64,000 bases of DNA from Candidatus Multivorans sp. (GCA_965247095.1 OZ251997.1:1696001-1760000); one strand, 5' to 3'; shown: positions 8,364 to 17,801, counted from the first letter of the stretch. The notes: generated by a model not told the origin, from the letters alone. Program-made: numbers and translations.

Positions 8364-10061
8364 TCATTCTACGTTCGCGGCGTCACCCGCGTTCCCGGCC
8401 GCGGCCGTGCCGCGGTTCGCGGCCGCCCCCGGCAGCAGAGGCGTAGCACGCCCCATCACTCCCTCGGCTCGCTCGACGAGCCGGTCCAGGCCCGCCCGCG
8501 TCCGCGCGCTGACCGCGATCGCTTCGAGCCGATCCGCCAGCAGTCCGGCGCGCTCCTCGGTCACCAGATCGCACTTGTTCAGCACCACCAGAAGCGGCTT
8601 CGAGTTGAGCGACAGTTCGTCGATCAGCCCTTCCACCGCCTTCACCTTCGAACGCCAGGCCGTGTCGGAGGCATCCACCACGTGCAGCAGCAGATCAGCG
8701 TCGCCGAGCTCCTCCAGGGTGGCGCGGAACGCCCGCACCAGGTCGGGCGGGAGTTCGGCGATGAAACCAACCGTGTCGGTGATCACCACCTCGCCTTCCC
8801 TCGGAAAGCGAATCCGTCGGCTCGTCGGGTCGAGCGTCACGAACAGTTGCGAGGCAGTCTCCACCGAGCTCCGGGTCATCGCGTTGAGAAGCGTGCTCTT
8901 GCCGGCGTTCGTGTAGCCGATCAGGGACAGCACCGGCACCCGACGGTCGCGGCGCCGGCGCCGCGCCACGTCCCGCTGCCTCGACAGCCGCTCGACCTGC
9001 TTCTCGAGCTTGCGGATCCGGTCGCGAATACGCCGGCGCCCCACTTCGAGCACCGTTTCGCCCGGCCCGCGGCCACCGATGCCTCCTGTGAGCCGGGACA
9101 GGCCCTCGTCCTTCTCGGTCAGCCGCGGCAGGGAGTAGCGCAACTGGGCCAACTCGACCTGCAGCTTGCCGTCTCGGGAGCGGGCGTGCTGCGCGAACAC
9201 GTCAAGGATCAGTTGGGTGCGGTCGATCGCCTTGAGGCCGGTCGCGTCCTCGAACGCGCGGGCCTGCGCGGGCTTCAGATCGATGTCGAAGATCGCCACT
9301 TCGGCGCCGGCGCGCATGCTCTGCAGCACGATCTCGGTCAGCTTGCCGCGCCCCACGACGGTCCGCGGGTGAACACGTGACCGGCGCTGGCGCATGACGC
9401 CCGCCACTTCGACACCCGCCGAGCGTACGAGCTCGACAGTCTCCCGAAAGTGATCGGCGTCCGGCCGGACGCCGATCACGAGCGCGCGTTCCCGCTCCGC
9501 CTCGCGTCCGCTGCGCCGCCGGCCCATCTCCCGTTCGACCGCCCGAATGGTTGCCGCGAAGTCGAGTTCCAGCTCGTAGACCTGCGGCGCCTCCACGCGC
9601 AGAAAGGGCGTGGTCTCCGCGGCGCCGTCCGCTGCCGGCTCGGGCGCCAGGTACGCGACTTCGATACCGCCCGCCGAGCCGTCCTCCAGAGCCTGCACCA
9701 CCGCCACCATGTCCAGTCGCAGCAGCGCCAGGTCGTTGAGGTCGTCGGCTGTCAGGCTCTCGCCGCGCAGGTGGGTATGCACGAGGCGCAGTCGGCGGAA
9801 ACGCCCCGGACCGCCCCGCAGGCGGCCGATATCGGGAATCTCGAGCTGCCTGGCGTCGCCGACCATCACCCTGCTGACCGCGCCGTCCCGGGTCAGCAGC
9901 ACACCGACCTGACGTCCGATCTCACGCGAGAGCGCGCACAGGTGACGAGCCAGTTCGGTCGAGACCACCTGGTCCGGTCGCACCTTCCGCCGATAGGTCC
10001 GTTCGAGCGCGCCGCGCTGTGCCGCCTTGAGCCCGCGGACGTCGCCGTGCAGTGGTCTCAT
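8364..10061 (-). CDS. hflX: GTPase HflX (long form with N-terminal extension)
   Basis: IDRTQLILDVFAQHA, GGIGGRGPGET, GYTNAGKSTL, DTVGFI, NKCD. Confidence 0.95.
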   Translation of the reverse strand: MRPLHGDVRGLKAAQRGALERTYRRKVRPDQVVSTELARHLCALSREIGRQVGVLLTRDGAVSRVMVGDARQLEIPDIGRLRGGPGRFRRLRLVHTHLRGESLTADDLNDLALLRLDMVAVVQALEDGSAGGIEVAYLAPEPAADGAAETTPFLRVEAPQVYELELDFAATIRAVEREMGRRRSGREAERERALVIGVRPDADHFRETVELVRSAGVEVAGVMRQRRSRVHPRTVVGRGKLTEIVLQSMRAGAEVAIFDIDLKPAQARAFEDATGLKAIDRTQLILDVFAQHARSRDGKLQVELAQLRYSLPRLTEKDEGLSRLTGGIGGRGPGETVLEVGRRRIRDRIRKLEKQVERLSRQRDVARRRRRDRRVPVLSLIGYTNAGKSTLLNAMTRSSVETASQLFVTLDPTSRRIRFPREGEVVITDTVGFIAELPPDLVRAFRATLEELGDADLLLHVVDASDTAWRSKVKAVEGLIDELSLNSKPLLVVLNKCDLVTEERAGLLADRLEAIAVSARTRAGLDRLVERAEGVMGRATPLLPGAAANRGTAAAGNAGDAANVE

Positions 10062-10460
10062 CTAAGGCCAGTCGGTGGGTTTCGGTCGCAAAGTCAAGAA
10101 ACTGCTATCCTTGCCGCCTCGGCGGTGACGCTGGCCCCACTCGGCAAGCGTCGCGTAACTCGACAGCACGAGTCAGCGCTTGGCTTCAGCCTTTGTCCTC
10201 TAGACAGTCCGTCCATTCTCGGACGACTCACGTCGCTTGAGGGCCAACTGAACAGCCCGTGGTGCATTCAAGGCTACACCCGCCGCCCGAAATGACGCTC
10301 CGGTACGAAAACCGACTCGCGCAGGTGGAACTGCAGCGAACGCAGGGCAGCCGCCCAGCGGGTTCCGTTCATGGAATCCCGTCGCGGCCTGGTGCCCGCG
10401 CAACCGGAGACGTCCACACCGATTCAACCGACGGCGCACTCGCCGTCACCTGGAGATTTT

Positions 10461-12458
10461 GTGACCCGACGAATGCTCATCAACGCGCAGAGTTCAACCG
10501 AGCTCCGCATCGCCATCGCCAACGACTCGGTACTCGAAGACCTGAAGGTCGAGATCGCCGAGCGGGGGCTGACCCGAGGCAACATCTACTACGGCAAGAT
10601 CGCCAACATCGAGCCGAGCCTGAACGCCGCCTTCATCGACTACGGCGCCCCGAAACACGGCTTCCTGGCCATCCAGGATGTCGTGCCCGACGCGTACTAC
10701 CAGGCGGCGTCTAAGTCCCAGCGAACCAAGATCGAGGACGTACTCGTCCGCGGCCGCCCGATCGTGGTTCAGACCACGCGCGAGCCGGAGGGCAACAAGG
10801 GCGCTGCCCTGACCACGAACCTGAGTCTGGCGGGGCGCTACCTGGTGCTTTCGCCCTTCGACAAGACCAGTGGCGTTTCCCGCAAGGTCGACACCGAGGA
10901 GGTTCGCCTCAAGCTGAAGGCGATGGCGGAGTCGCTGCCGGTGCCCGACGGTGGCGGTGTGATCGTGCGCACCAACGCCCTGGGCCAGACGAAGACGGCC
11001 CTCAGTCGGGACATGAACGCGCTGCTCCGGCTATGGAAGCGCATCTCCCGGGACGCCCGCGACGCAAAGGGCACGAGGCTCCTCTACAGCGATCAGGACA
11101 TCGTGCTGCAGGGGCTGCGTGACTATCTCGACAGCGCGATCGAGGAGGTCTGGGTCGATGAAGACACCGCCTACGCACGCGCCGAGCTGTACATGCGGGC
11201 CTTCATGCCGCGCAGCAAGACGGTGCTGCACCGCTACACGGGCCGCAAGCCGCTGTTCTCGGTTTACGAACTGGAACCTCAGATCGAGAACATCTTCGAA
11301 CGCCGGGCGGAACTGCCCGCCGGCGGCTCGATCGTCATCGACCCGACCGAGGCCCTGACCGCCATCGACGTCAACTCCGGCCGGTCGAAGAAGGGATCGA
11401 GTCAGGAGGAGACCGCGGTCAACACGAACATGGAAGCTGCAGCCGAAGTCGGCCGGCAGCTTCGTCTGCGCGACATCGGCGGCCTGATCGTGGTCGATTT
11501 CATCGACATGCGCAGTCCCCGCAATCGCCGCAAGGTCGAGAAGGCGATGAAGGACGCGATGAAGGCCGACAAGGCGCGCTTCAGCGTCGGCCGGATCAGC
11601 GACAACGGGCTGCTCGAGATCAACCGCCAGCGGATCCACCAGGCGCTCCAGTTGCGCACTCACAGCGACTGCCCGAACTGTGGCGGCACCGGCCGCGTTG
11701 CCAGTCCGGACCTGGTCGCCCTGCGCCTGCTGCGCAACATCGAGTCCCACGGCGCCGCCGGCTACATGCGGGGCGTGCGGATGGCCTTGCAACCGCAGCT
11801 TGCCGACCACCTGCAGAACCGGCACCGCGAAGCGCTCGCGAAGCTCGAACGGGAGTTCGATCTCGAAATCGAGATCGCGGGCGAGCCTCAGATGCAGGGC
11901 CGCGAGCCCGAGATCAGTTGGATCGCTCGCGATCTGGCCGAAGTGAAGAAGCGCGAGCGGGAAGAGGCGCAGGAGAAGAAGCTTGAGCAGGAGATGCTCG
12001 CCACTCCCTCGATCGGCGACACCGACGAAGAACTCGAAGAAGTCGAAGAACACGAGGCGGAAGCCGGCGACGGCGCGGCCGAAGGCGCACCGAAGCGGCG
12101 CCGGCGCCGGGGCGGACGCAGGCGGCGGTCCGCAGCCGCGCGCAAGGCGAAGGAGGAGGCACCCAAGGAGGACGGCGACGCCAGGCAGGACGACGACGCC
12201 AAGCAGGCGAAGACGAGCAAGAAGCGACCCGCCAAGGCGAGGAAGACGGCGGGGACGGCCGCCATCAAGGTGCCCGGCATCGACACTCCGGCGGCGGAAA
12301 CTGCGCCCGGCGGCAATGACACGGCCGGCGACGCAGCCGCGGCGAACGGCAACGGAGCGCCGCGCCCGACCAAGCGGCGGCGACGCCGGCGGCGGCCCCG
12401 CCGGCCCCAGGCCGCCGCGGCGGGCAACGAGTCGCCGCCGGCCGAGACGGCTCCCTGA
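10461..12458 (+). CDS. rne: Ribonuclease E/G with Arg/Lys-rich disordered C-terminus
   Basis: GNIYYGKI..IEPSLNAAFIDYG, TAIDVNSG, LRLRDIGGLIVVDFIDM, CPNC Zn-link; GTG start with RBS ggag at 10452. Confidence 0.93.
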   Translation: MTRRMLINAQSSTELRIAIANDSVLEDLKVEIAERGLTRGNIYYGKIANIEPSLNAAFIDYGAPKHGFLAIQDVVPDAYYQAASKSQRTKIEDVLVRGRPIVVQTTREPEGNKGAALTTNLSLAGRYLVLSPFDKTSGVSRKVDTEEVRLKLKAMAESLPVPDGGGVIVRTNALGQTKTALSRDMNALLRLWKRISRDARDAKGTRLLYSDQDIVLQGLRDYLDSAIEEVWVDEDTAYARAELYMRAFMPRSKTVLHRYTGRKPLFSVYELEPQIENIFERRAELPAGGSIVIDPTEALTAIDVNSGRSKKGSSQEETAVNTNMEAAAEVGRQLRLRDIGGLIVVDFIDMRSPRNRRKVEKAMKDAMKADKARFSVGRISDNGLLEINRQRIHQALQLRTHSDCPNCGGTGRVASPDLVALRLLRNIESHGAAGYMRGVRMALQPQLADHLQNRHREALAKLEREFDLEIEIAGEPQMQGREPEISWIARDLAEVKKREREEAQEKKLEQEMLATPSIGDTDEELEEVEEHEAEAGDGAAEGAPKRRRRRGGRRRRSAAARKAKEEAPKEDGDARQDDDAKQAKTSKKRPAKARKTAGTAAIKVPGIDTPAAETAPGGNDTAGDAAAANGNGAPRPTKRRRRRRRPRRPQAAAAGNESPPAETAP

Positions 12459-12516
12459 CAGGCGCCGGCGGCGCCCCGCACCCTTGGGCTGGCTAACCCC
12501 CTGACAACAGGGAGGT

Positions 12517-12546
12517 TTGACAAGGACCCGGCCAATCCATAACTAT
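12517..12546 (+). promoter_or_regulatory. Putative sigma70 promoter of the intergenic RNA
   Basis: Perfect TTGACA at 12517-12522, followed 16-18 bp later by an AT-rich cataactat (imperfect -10). Confidence 0.5.
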
Positions 12547-12674
12547 CCCTTCGTAGTCGTTCCGCTCGCGTCGCGAGGCGTCGGCGGCGGTCCCGGGGTC
12601 AATCGGGGCGATCCCGCGACCGGGTGGGTTGGGACCCACCACTTTGTGGATGTGCCCGGAAAGGAGGTGGTCTA

Positions 12675-12719
12675 GTGGAATACTGCAGATGCGGCTTGAT
12701 GGAGGTGGCGGCTCCCTAG
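12675..12719 (+). CDS. Putative 14-aa peptide MEYCRCGLMEVAAP
   Basis: GTG start directly after AAAGGAGGTGGTCT (12660-12673), a near-perfect complement of the 16S rRNA 3' tail. Confidence 0.45.
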   Translation: MEYCRCGLMEVAAP

Positions 12720-12826
12720 GTAACCCCTACCTGGCGTAGGGCGCCTCCTTCGGGAAGCGATCCCACGCCATCCCATCGGCCAAACGCTTGACCGAGCCGC
12801 GCAAGCCGCGGTCCAAGAGCGTCACC

Positions 12827-12868
12827 GGAGCCCCGAGGAGCAGACGCCCTCGGGGCTCCTTCCTTTCC
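12827..12868 (+). terminator. Intrinsic terminator
   Basis: 12-bp stem ggagccccgagg (12827-12838)/cctcggggctcc (12848-12859) followed by ttcctttcc. Confidence 0.65.
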
Positions 12869-12985
12869 GATTCGCCTCAGGGCCCTGGACCCCTCAGAGC
12901 CCAGTTCCGTACAATCGCCCCCCACAATCCTGGTTCCATCCGCGCGCCCGATGACGGGCGTGCGGATTCACCGGCGGAGACGAAC

Positions 12986-15247
12986 ATGGCGGCGATCGGC
13001 ACCCCCACAAAACTGCTCGAGGGCAAACCCAAGGTCAAGGGCTCGCTGCGCTACTGCGGCGACCTCGAACGGCCCGGGCTGCTCCATGTCCGTCTGGTCA
13101 CCAGCCCGCACGCGCACGCCGAGGTGCTGAGCATCGATACCGCGGCGGCTGAGGCCATGCCCGGCGTCGCCGCCGTCATCACGGCAGCGGATCTGCCCGA
13201 ACTCCCGGCCAATAGCCGAGCGATGCTCATGCTCGCGCGCGATCGGGTCATCTTCGTCGGCCATCCGGTCGCCCTGGTCCTGGCCGAGGACGAGGCCCGG
13301 GGCGCGGATGCAGCGGAACTGGTCGAGGTCGACTACCGGCCGCTCGACGCCGCGGTCACCCTGGAACAGGCCGAGGCCCCTTCGGCGCCGCCGGTGTGGC
13401 CCGACGGCCTGCCCGGCCAGTCCGCGGAGGCAGCGGCGCACGGCGCCGGGGGCGCCGGCGACGACGGCGGCGCGGGTCCCTCGTCGCCCAACGTGACGAA
13501 CCGCATGCGCTTTGACCGCGGCGACCTCGCCGCCGGCTTCGCCGCCGCCGACGCCGTGGTCGAACGGAGCTTCACCACCGCGGCGGTTCACCAGTCCTAC
13601 CTCGAACCGCACGTGGCTCTGGTCGACCCGGACCCGATGGGCACCGGAATGACGATCTACAGCTCTACCCAGGCGACGTTCTACATCCGGGACACGGTCG
13701 CCTACGTGCTCGGCCTGTCCCACGAGCAAGTGCGCGTGATCGGCACGCCGGTCGGCGGCGGCTTCGGCGGAAAGTTCCTACTTTACGAACCGCTCCTGGC
13801 CATCGCCGCGACGCAGCTCCAGCGCCCGGTGCGACTGATGATGAGCCGAACCGAGGAGATGCTGGCCGCCACTCCCGCGCCCTCGACCCGGATCACGATT
13901 CGCGCCGGCGCCAAGCGGAGCGGCGAGCTGACGGCGCTGGAAGCCGAGCTGGCGATGGACTGCGGCTGCTTCCCATCTTCCATGACCGCACTCGCCGGCA
14001 CCCTGCTCGGCAGTTCCTACCAGACGCCGAATCAGTCCGTCGGCAGCTACGAGGTCGTCACGAACAAGCCCTCGATCGGCGCCTACCGTGCGCCGCTGGC
14101 GCCGCAGGCGGCGTTCGTGGTTGAGACCGTGCTCGATCAACTGGCCCAGGAGTTGGGGCTCGACCCCCTCGAGATGCGGCTCATGAACGCCTCGGAGTCC
14201 GGCCAGCCGATGGCCTCCGGAATGCCCTGGGCCGGCATGGGCCAGCGCCAGGTGCTGGAGGCGCTGCAGGCCCACCCCTCGTGGCAAAACCGCGAGCAGG
14301 CAAGGGCGGAGGGCCGCGGAGTCGGCATCGCGCTCGGGGCCTGGCCGGGCGGCACGGAGCCCGCGGCGGCCGCCTGCGCGCTCCAGGGCGACGGTACGCT
14401 CAAGGTTCACATCAGTTCGGCCGACATCACCGGCACGAACACGAGTCTGGCCCTGATCGCGGCCGAGGCCTTCGGCGTCGAACCGGAACGGGTCACGATC
14501 GCCACCGGCGACACCTCGAGCGGACCCTTCGCCGGCTCCTCCGGCGGCAGCAAGATCCTCTACACGGTCGGGCCGCCAGTGATTCAGGCCGCCCGTGAGG
14601 CCCGGCAGCAGACCCTGGAGCTGGCCGCGGCCACGTTCGAAGCAGCACCCGAAGACCTAGAGATCGTGGACGGAGAGGTCCGGGTCAAGGGATCGCCCGA
14701 CAAGGCCATTCCGCTCAAGAAAATCGCCCAACGCACGATGCGCTTCGGCAGCCGGCAGGCGCCGGTGTTCGGCCACGGACGCCACGCCCAGACCGGTCAG
14801 GCGCCCGGTTTCTGCGCCCAGCTCGCCGAGGTGGCGGTCGACCGGGAAACAGGCCGGGTGAAGGTCGAGAAGGTGGTCGTGGTCCAGGACTGCGGACGCG
14901 CGATCAACCCGCCGGCAGTCGAAGGGCAGATGATGGGCGGCGCCATGCAGGGCATCGGTTGGGCGCTCTACGAGGAGATGGCCTACAGCGACGACGGCCA
15001 ACTGCTGACAGCGACCCTGAACGACTACGCCCTGCCTCACTTCGTCCACGGTCCGACCGAACTCGAGACGGTGCTTGTCGAGGTGCCCTCGGACAGCGGG
15101 CCCTTCGGCGCCCGCGGCGTCGGCGAACCGCCCGTTATTCCTACCGCGGCCGCGGTCGCCAACGCAATCGCCGATGCCTGCGGCGCCCGACTCACCGAGC
15201 TGCCGATGACGCCGCCGCGCGTCCTGGCTGCCATCAACGGAGCCTGA
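12986..15247 (+). CDS. Xanthine dehydrogenase/aldehyde oxidoreductase family molybdopterin-binding large subunit
   Basis: SPHAHA, HQSYLEPH, VGGGFGGK, DCGRAINP..VEGQMMGGAMQGIG, GPFGARGVGE; ATG with RBS ggaga. Confidence 0.92.
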   Translation: MAAIGTPTKLLEGKPKVKGSLRYCGDLERPGLLHVRLVTSPHAHAEVLSIDTAAAEAMPGVAAVITAADLPELPANSRAMLMLARDRVIFVGHPVALVLAEDEARGADAAELVEVDYRPLDAAVTLEQAEAPSAPPVWPDGLPGQSAEAAAHGAGGAGDDGGAGPSSPNVTNRMRFDRGDLAAGFAAADAVVERSFTTAAVHQSYLEPHVALVDPDPMGTGMTIYSSTQATFYIRDTVAYVLGLSHEQVRVIGTPVGGGFGGKFLLYEPLLAIAATQLQRPVRLMMSRTEEMLAATPAPSTRITIRAGAKRSGELTALEAELAMDCGCFPSSMTALAGTLLGSSYQTPNQSVGSYEVVTNKPSIGAYRAPLAPQAAFVVETVLDQLAQELGLDPLEMRLMNASESGQPMASGMPWAGMGQRQVLEALQAHPSWQNREQARAEGRGVGIALGAWPGGTEPAAAACALQGDGTLKVHISSADITGTNTSLALIAAEAFGVEPERVTIATGDTSSGPFAGSSGGSKILYTVGPPVIQAAREARQQTLELAAATFEAAPEDLEIVDGEVRVKGSPDKAIPLKKIAQRTMRFGSRQAPVFGHGRHAQTGQAPGFCAQLAEVAVDRETGRVKVEKVVVVQDCGRAINPPAVEGQMMGGAMQGIGWALYEEMAYSDDGQLLTATLNDYALPHFVHGPTELETVLVEVPSDSGPFGARGVGEPPVIPTAAAVANAIADACGARLTELPMTPPRVLAAINGA

Positions 15248-15658
15248 GCCCGCTGGCCCCGGCGCCACGACCGCGGCCGCGGTCGCCGCTGCCACCCTCG
15301 GTAATCGCCGATGCCTGCGGCGCCCGACTCACCGAGCTGCCGATGACGCCGCCGCGCGTCCTGGCTGCCATCAACGGAGCCTGAGCCCGCTGGCCCCGGC
15401 GCCACGACCGCGGCCGCGGTCGCCGCTGCCACCCTCGGTAATCGCCGATGCCTGCGGCGCCCGACTCACCGAGCTGCCGATGACGCCGCCGCGCGTCCTG
15501 GCTGCCATCAACGGAGCCTGAGCCCGCTGGCCCCGGCGCCACGACCGCGGCCGCGGTCGCCGCTGCCACCCTCGGTAATCGCCGATGCCTGCGGCGCCCG
15601 ACTCACCGAGCTGCCGATGACGCCGCCGCGCGTCCTGGCTGCCATCAACGGAGCCTGA
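15166..15658 (+). repeat. 137-bp tandem repeat (about 3.6 copies) containing the last 82 bp of the molybdo-enzyme gene
   Basis: Units start at 15166, 15303, 15440, 15577 and appear identical. Confidence 0.95.
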
Positions 15659-15695
15659 CCGACAGCATTCGAGCACCGGTACACTGCGGACGAAA

Positions 15696-17801
15696 ATGGT
15701 CCGCGGCGGCATCGAGACTTGGGCGCTGGCGGCCGCCGGGCTACTCGGCGCGTCGGCGCTCGGTGCGCCGCTCCTGGGCGTTGACGGATGGCAGCCCTTG
15801 GGCGTGGGCGGCGCCGTGGCGTTGGGTCTGCTCTACGTCGTTTGCCGCGTTCTGGCGCTGGAACCGCTCCTCGACCGCTCCGCGGCCTCGAAGCGGCCGC
15901 CGCTTGTCTTTCTGCTCCTGCCCTTCGCCTTCTACCTGGCGTTGATTCCGTGGTCGACCAGTACGCGGGCCCCCGACGGCGACGAGCCCTGGTTCCTCCT
16001 GGTCACCCACAGCATCGCCTACGACTTCGACCTCGACCTGGCCAACAACTACCGCGACCGGGACTCGCTCACCTTCATGCCCCGGGCAATCGAGCCGCAG
16101 CCGGGAGACCCCGAGAAGCCGGGCGGCGCGGTCCACTCCCGGCACGGCGCCCTGCTGCAGGCAGTCATGGCGCCGGCATACCGCTTGGGCGGCAGGTCCG
16201 GCGCCATGATCGTGATCGCGGCGCTGGCCGCGCTCAGCGCCTGGCTCGTGCTCGATCTGACCGCGTTCAGCCCAGACTCCCGGGCAAGACTCCTCGTCTA
16301 CCTGACCTTCAGCTTCGCCGCCCCGTTCCTGCTCTACAGCCAGCAAATCTGGGCCGAGGTCGCCGCCGTTCTCCTCGCGGTCGCGGCCTACCGGTGGATC
16401 GGGCTTCTCGTCCCCGACGAGCCAGGCCCGGAGCGCCAACCCACCGGCAACGACGCCGCAGCTGGCCGCGGAACCTGGCTGCTTCTCGCCCTGTCCCTGG
16501 CGCTGCTGCCGGCACTCAAAGTCCGACTCGTTCTCGTCAGCGCCGCGCTCGCCCTGATCTGCGTGCTGCGTCTCGAACCCGGGCGCCGTCGCCGAGGCAT
16601 GCTGCGGCTGGCGGCAATCCTCGCTCCGACCGGAGGCCTGGTGCTGTGGCTGAACCACGCGCGCTTCGGGACCGTGCTCGGCATGCATTCGTGGAGCGAG
16701 CTGGCCCTCTCCCGCGAATCGGCAGCCAGAATGGCGCTCGGCCTGAACGGACTGTTCTTCGATCTCGCCTACGGCCTCGTCGCCTGCGCACCGATCTGGC
16801 TGCTCCTGTTTCCCGGCGCCGTGGTTGCCTGGCGGCGCAACCGCCGCCTCCTCTTCGAGGTCGCGCTGATCGCCCTGCCGACCCTGCTGCTGATCGCCTC
16901 CCGCCGCGAATGGTACGGCGGCTGGTCGCCGCCGTTTCGGTACGGCCTCGTGGTGCTGCCCTTCCTCGCCCTGCTGCTGCTGCCGCTGTTCGAACGGCGA
17001 TTCGATTCCGGCCGCGCCGCTTCGGCGTCCGGGGCCGCTGCCGGAGGGCTCCCGGCGGGTACCTCGGCGCTGGCCCTGGTTCTGGCCCTTGTAAGCGGGG
17101 CGCTGGCCGTGCTCTACGTGGTGGAACCGGGCTGGACCTACAACCTGGCCGACGGCCGCCACCACTTGATCCACTACCTGGAGGCTCGTACTGGTTTCGA
17201 CTTCGCGCGCTTCCTGCCTTCGGCCACACGGCCCCGGAATGCGACCTGGCTGGTCCCCATCGCGGCCGTCTGCCTCGCTCTCGTTGCGGGGCGCGTGCGG
17301 CACAAGGCAATCGCGGCGGCGCTTGCCGGCATCCCCGTGCTCGCCCTCGCCGCCCTCCCCGTCCTCGCCGGCGCCCTGCCGACGCGGCGGTTGGAGATCG
17401 AGAGCGCCGCCATCCAGCGGAGCGGCGGCAACCTGGACCCGGAACGCTGGATCATGGACCGTACGCGGTACCCGGAAGCGTGGGTGTTCGCGGAAGGTAC
17501 GCGTGCCGAAGCGCCGGTGATTCCCGGCGGAGATGAGGTGGAACTGTCCGTGACTGTCCGCCCGGTGCGGAACCGTCCTGTGCCGCTGATCCTGATCGCA
17601 CGCTCCGGCAGCCGCGAGATCGGCCGCCTGACCTTCACCGACGAGGACGGCAGCGACGCGACCGGTTGGCAGACGCGCAAGCTGCCGGCCGCCCCCTGGC
17701 TCTCAGGCGCTCCCCTCGTCCTCGAAGTCCCCTACGGCGCCGGCGAAGCGCTGCCGCCGAACGGCGTGGCGATCGACCGGGTCGACCTGCGCTGGCAGTG
17801 A
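15696..17801 (+). CDS. Polytopic membrane protein, GT-C (PMT-like) glycosyltransferase-like
   Basis: Many hydrophobic segments, first-loop GDEPWFL acidic motif, WYGGWSPPFRY motif, soluble C-terminal domain. Confidence 0.55.
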   Translation: MVRGGIETWALAAAGLLGASALGAPLLGVDGWQPLGVGGAVALGLLYVVCRVLALEPLLDRSAASKRPPLVFLLLPFAFYLALIPWSTSTRAPDGDEPWFLLVTHSIAYDFDLDLANNYRDRDSLTFMPRAIEPQPGDPEKPGGAVHSRHGALLQAVMAPAYRLGGRSGAMIVIAALAALSAWLVLDLTAFSPDSRARLLVYLTFSFAAPFLLYSQQIWAEVAAVLLAVAAYRWIGLLVPDEPGPERQPTGNDAAAGRGTWLLLALSLALLPALKVRLVLVSAALALICVLRLEPGRRRRGMLRLAAILAPTGGLVLWLNHARFGTVLGMHSWSELALSRESAARMALGLNGLFFDLAYGLVACAPIWLLLFPGAVVAWRRNRRLLFEVALIALPTLLLIASRREWYGGWSPPFRYGLVVLPFLALLLLPLFERRFDSGRAASASGAAAGGLPAGTSALALVLALVSGALAVLYVVEPGWTYNLADGRHHLIHYLEARTGFDFARFLPSATRPRNATWLVPIAAVCLALVAGRVRHKAIAAALAGIPVLALAALPVLAGALPTRRLEIESAAIQRSGGNLDPERWIMDRTRYPEAWVFAEGTRAEAPVIPGGDEVELSVTVRPVRNRPVPLILIARSGSREIGRLTFTDEDGSDATGWQTRKLPAAPWLSGAPLVLEVPYGAGEALPPNGVAIDRVDLRWQ

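Larger units (their letters stand above)
12550..12868 (+). ncRNA. Candidate structured RNA / small-ORF transcript of unknown family
   Basis: Promoter candidate upstream, hairpins at 12623-12640, 12725-12741, cUUCGg at 12746-12755, 12784-12822, terminator at the end; no tmRNA, RNase P or SRP landmarks recognised. Confidence 0.55.

Noticed and set aside
12655-12680. 16S rRNA 3' end fragment on the minus strand
   Set aside because: Similarity to AAGGAGGTGATCC stops after about 14 nt with no further rRNA sequence; better read as an SD
12550-12868. tmRNA, RNase P RNA, SRP RNA or tRNA
   Set aside because: No tRNA-like acceptor/T-arm ends, no GAGGAAAGUCC, no SRP GGAA-loop domain recognised
12788-12985. 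N-terminal extension of the molybdo-enzyme (TTG 12788)
   Set aside because: It runs through the terminator hairpin; ATG 12986 has an RBS and matches the family start
15166-15658. CRISPR array
   Set aside because: The 82-bp repeat is a gene end, the linkers are identical, and no cas genes are present
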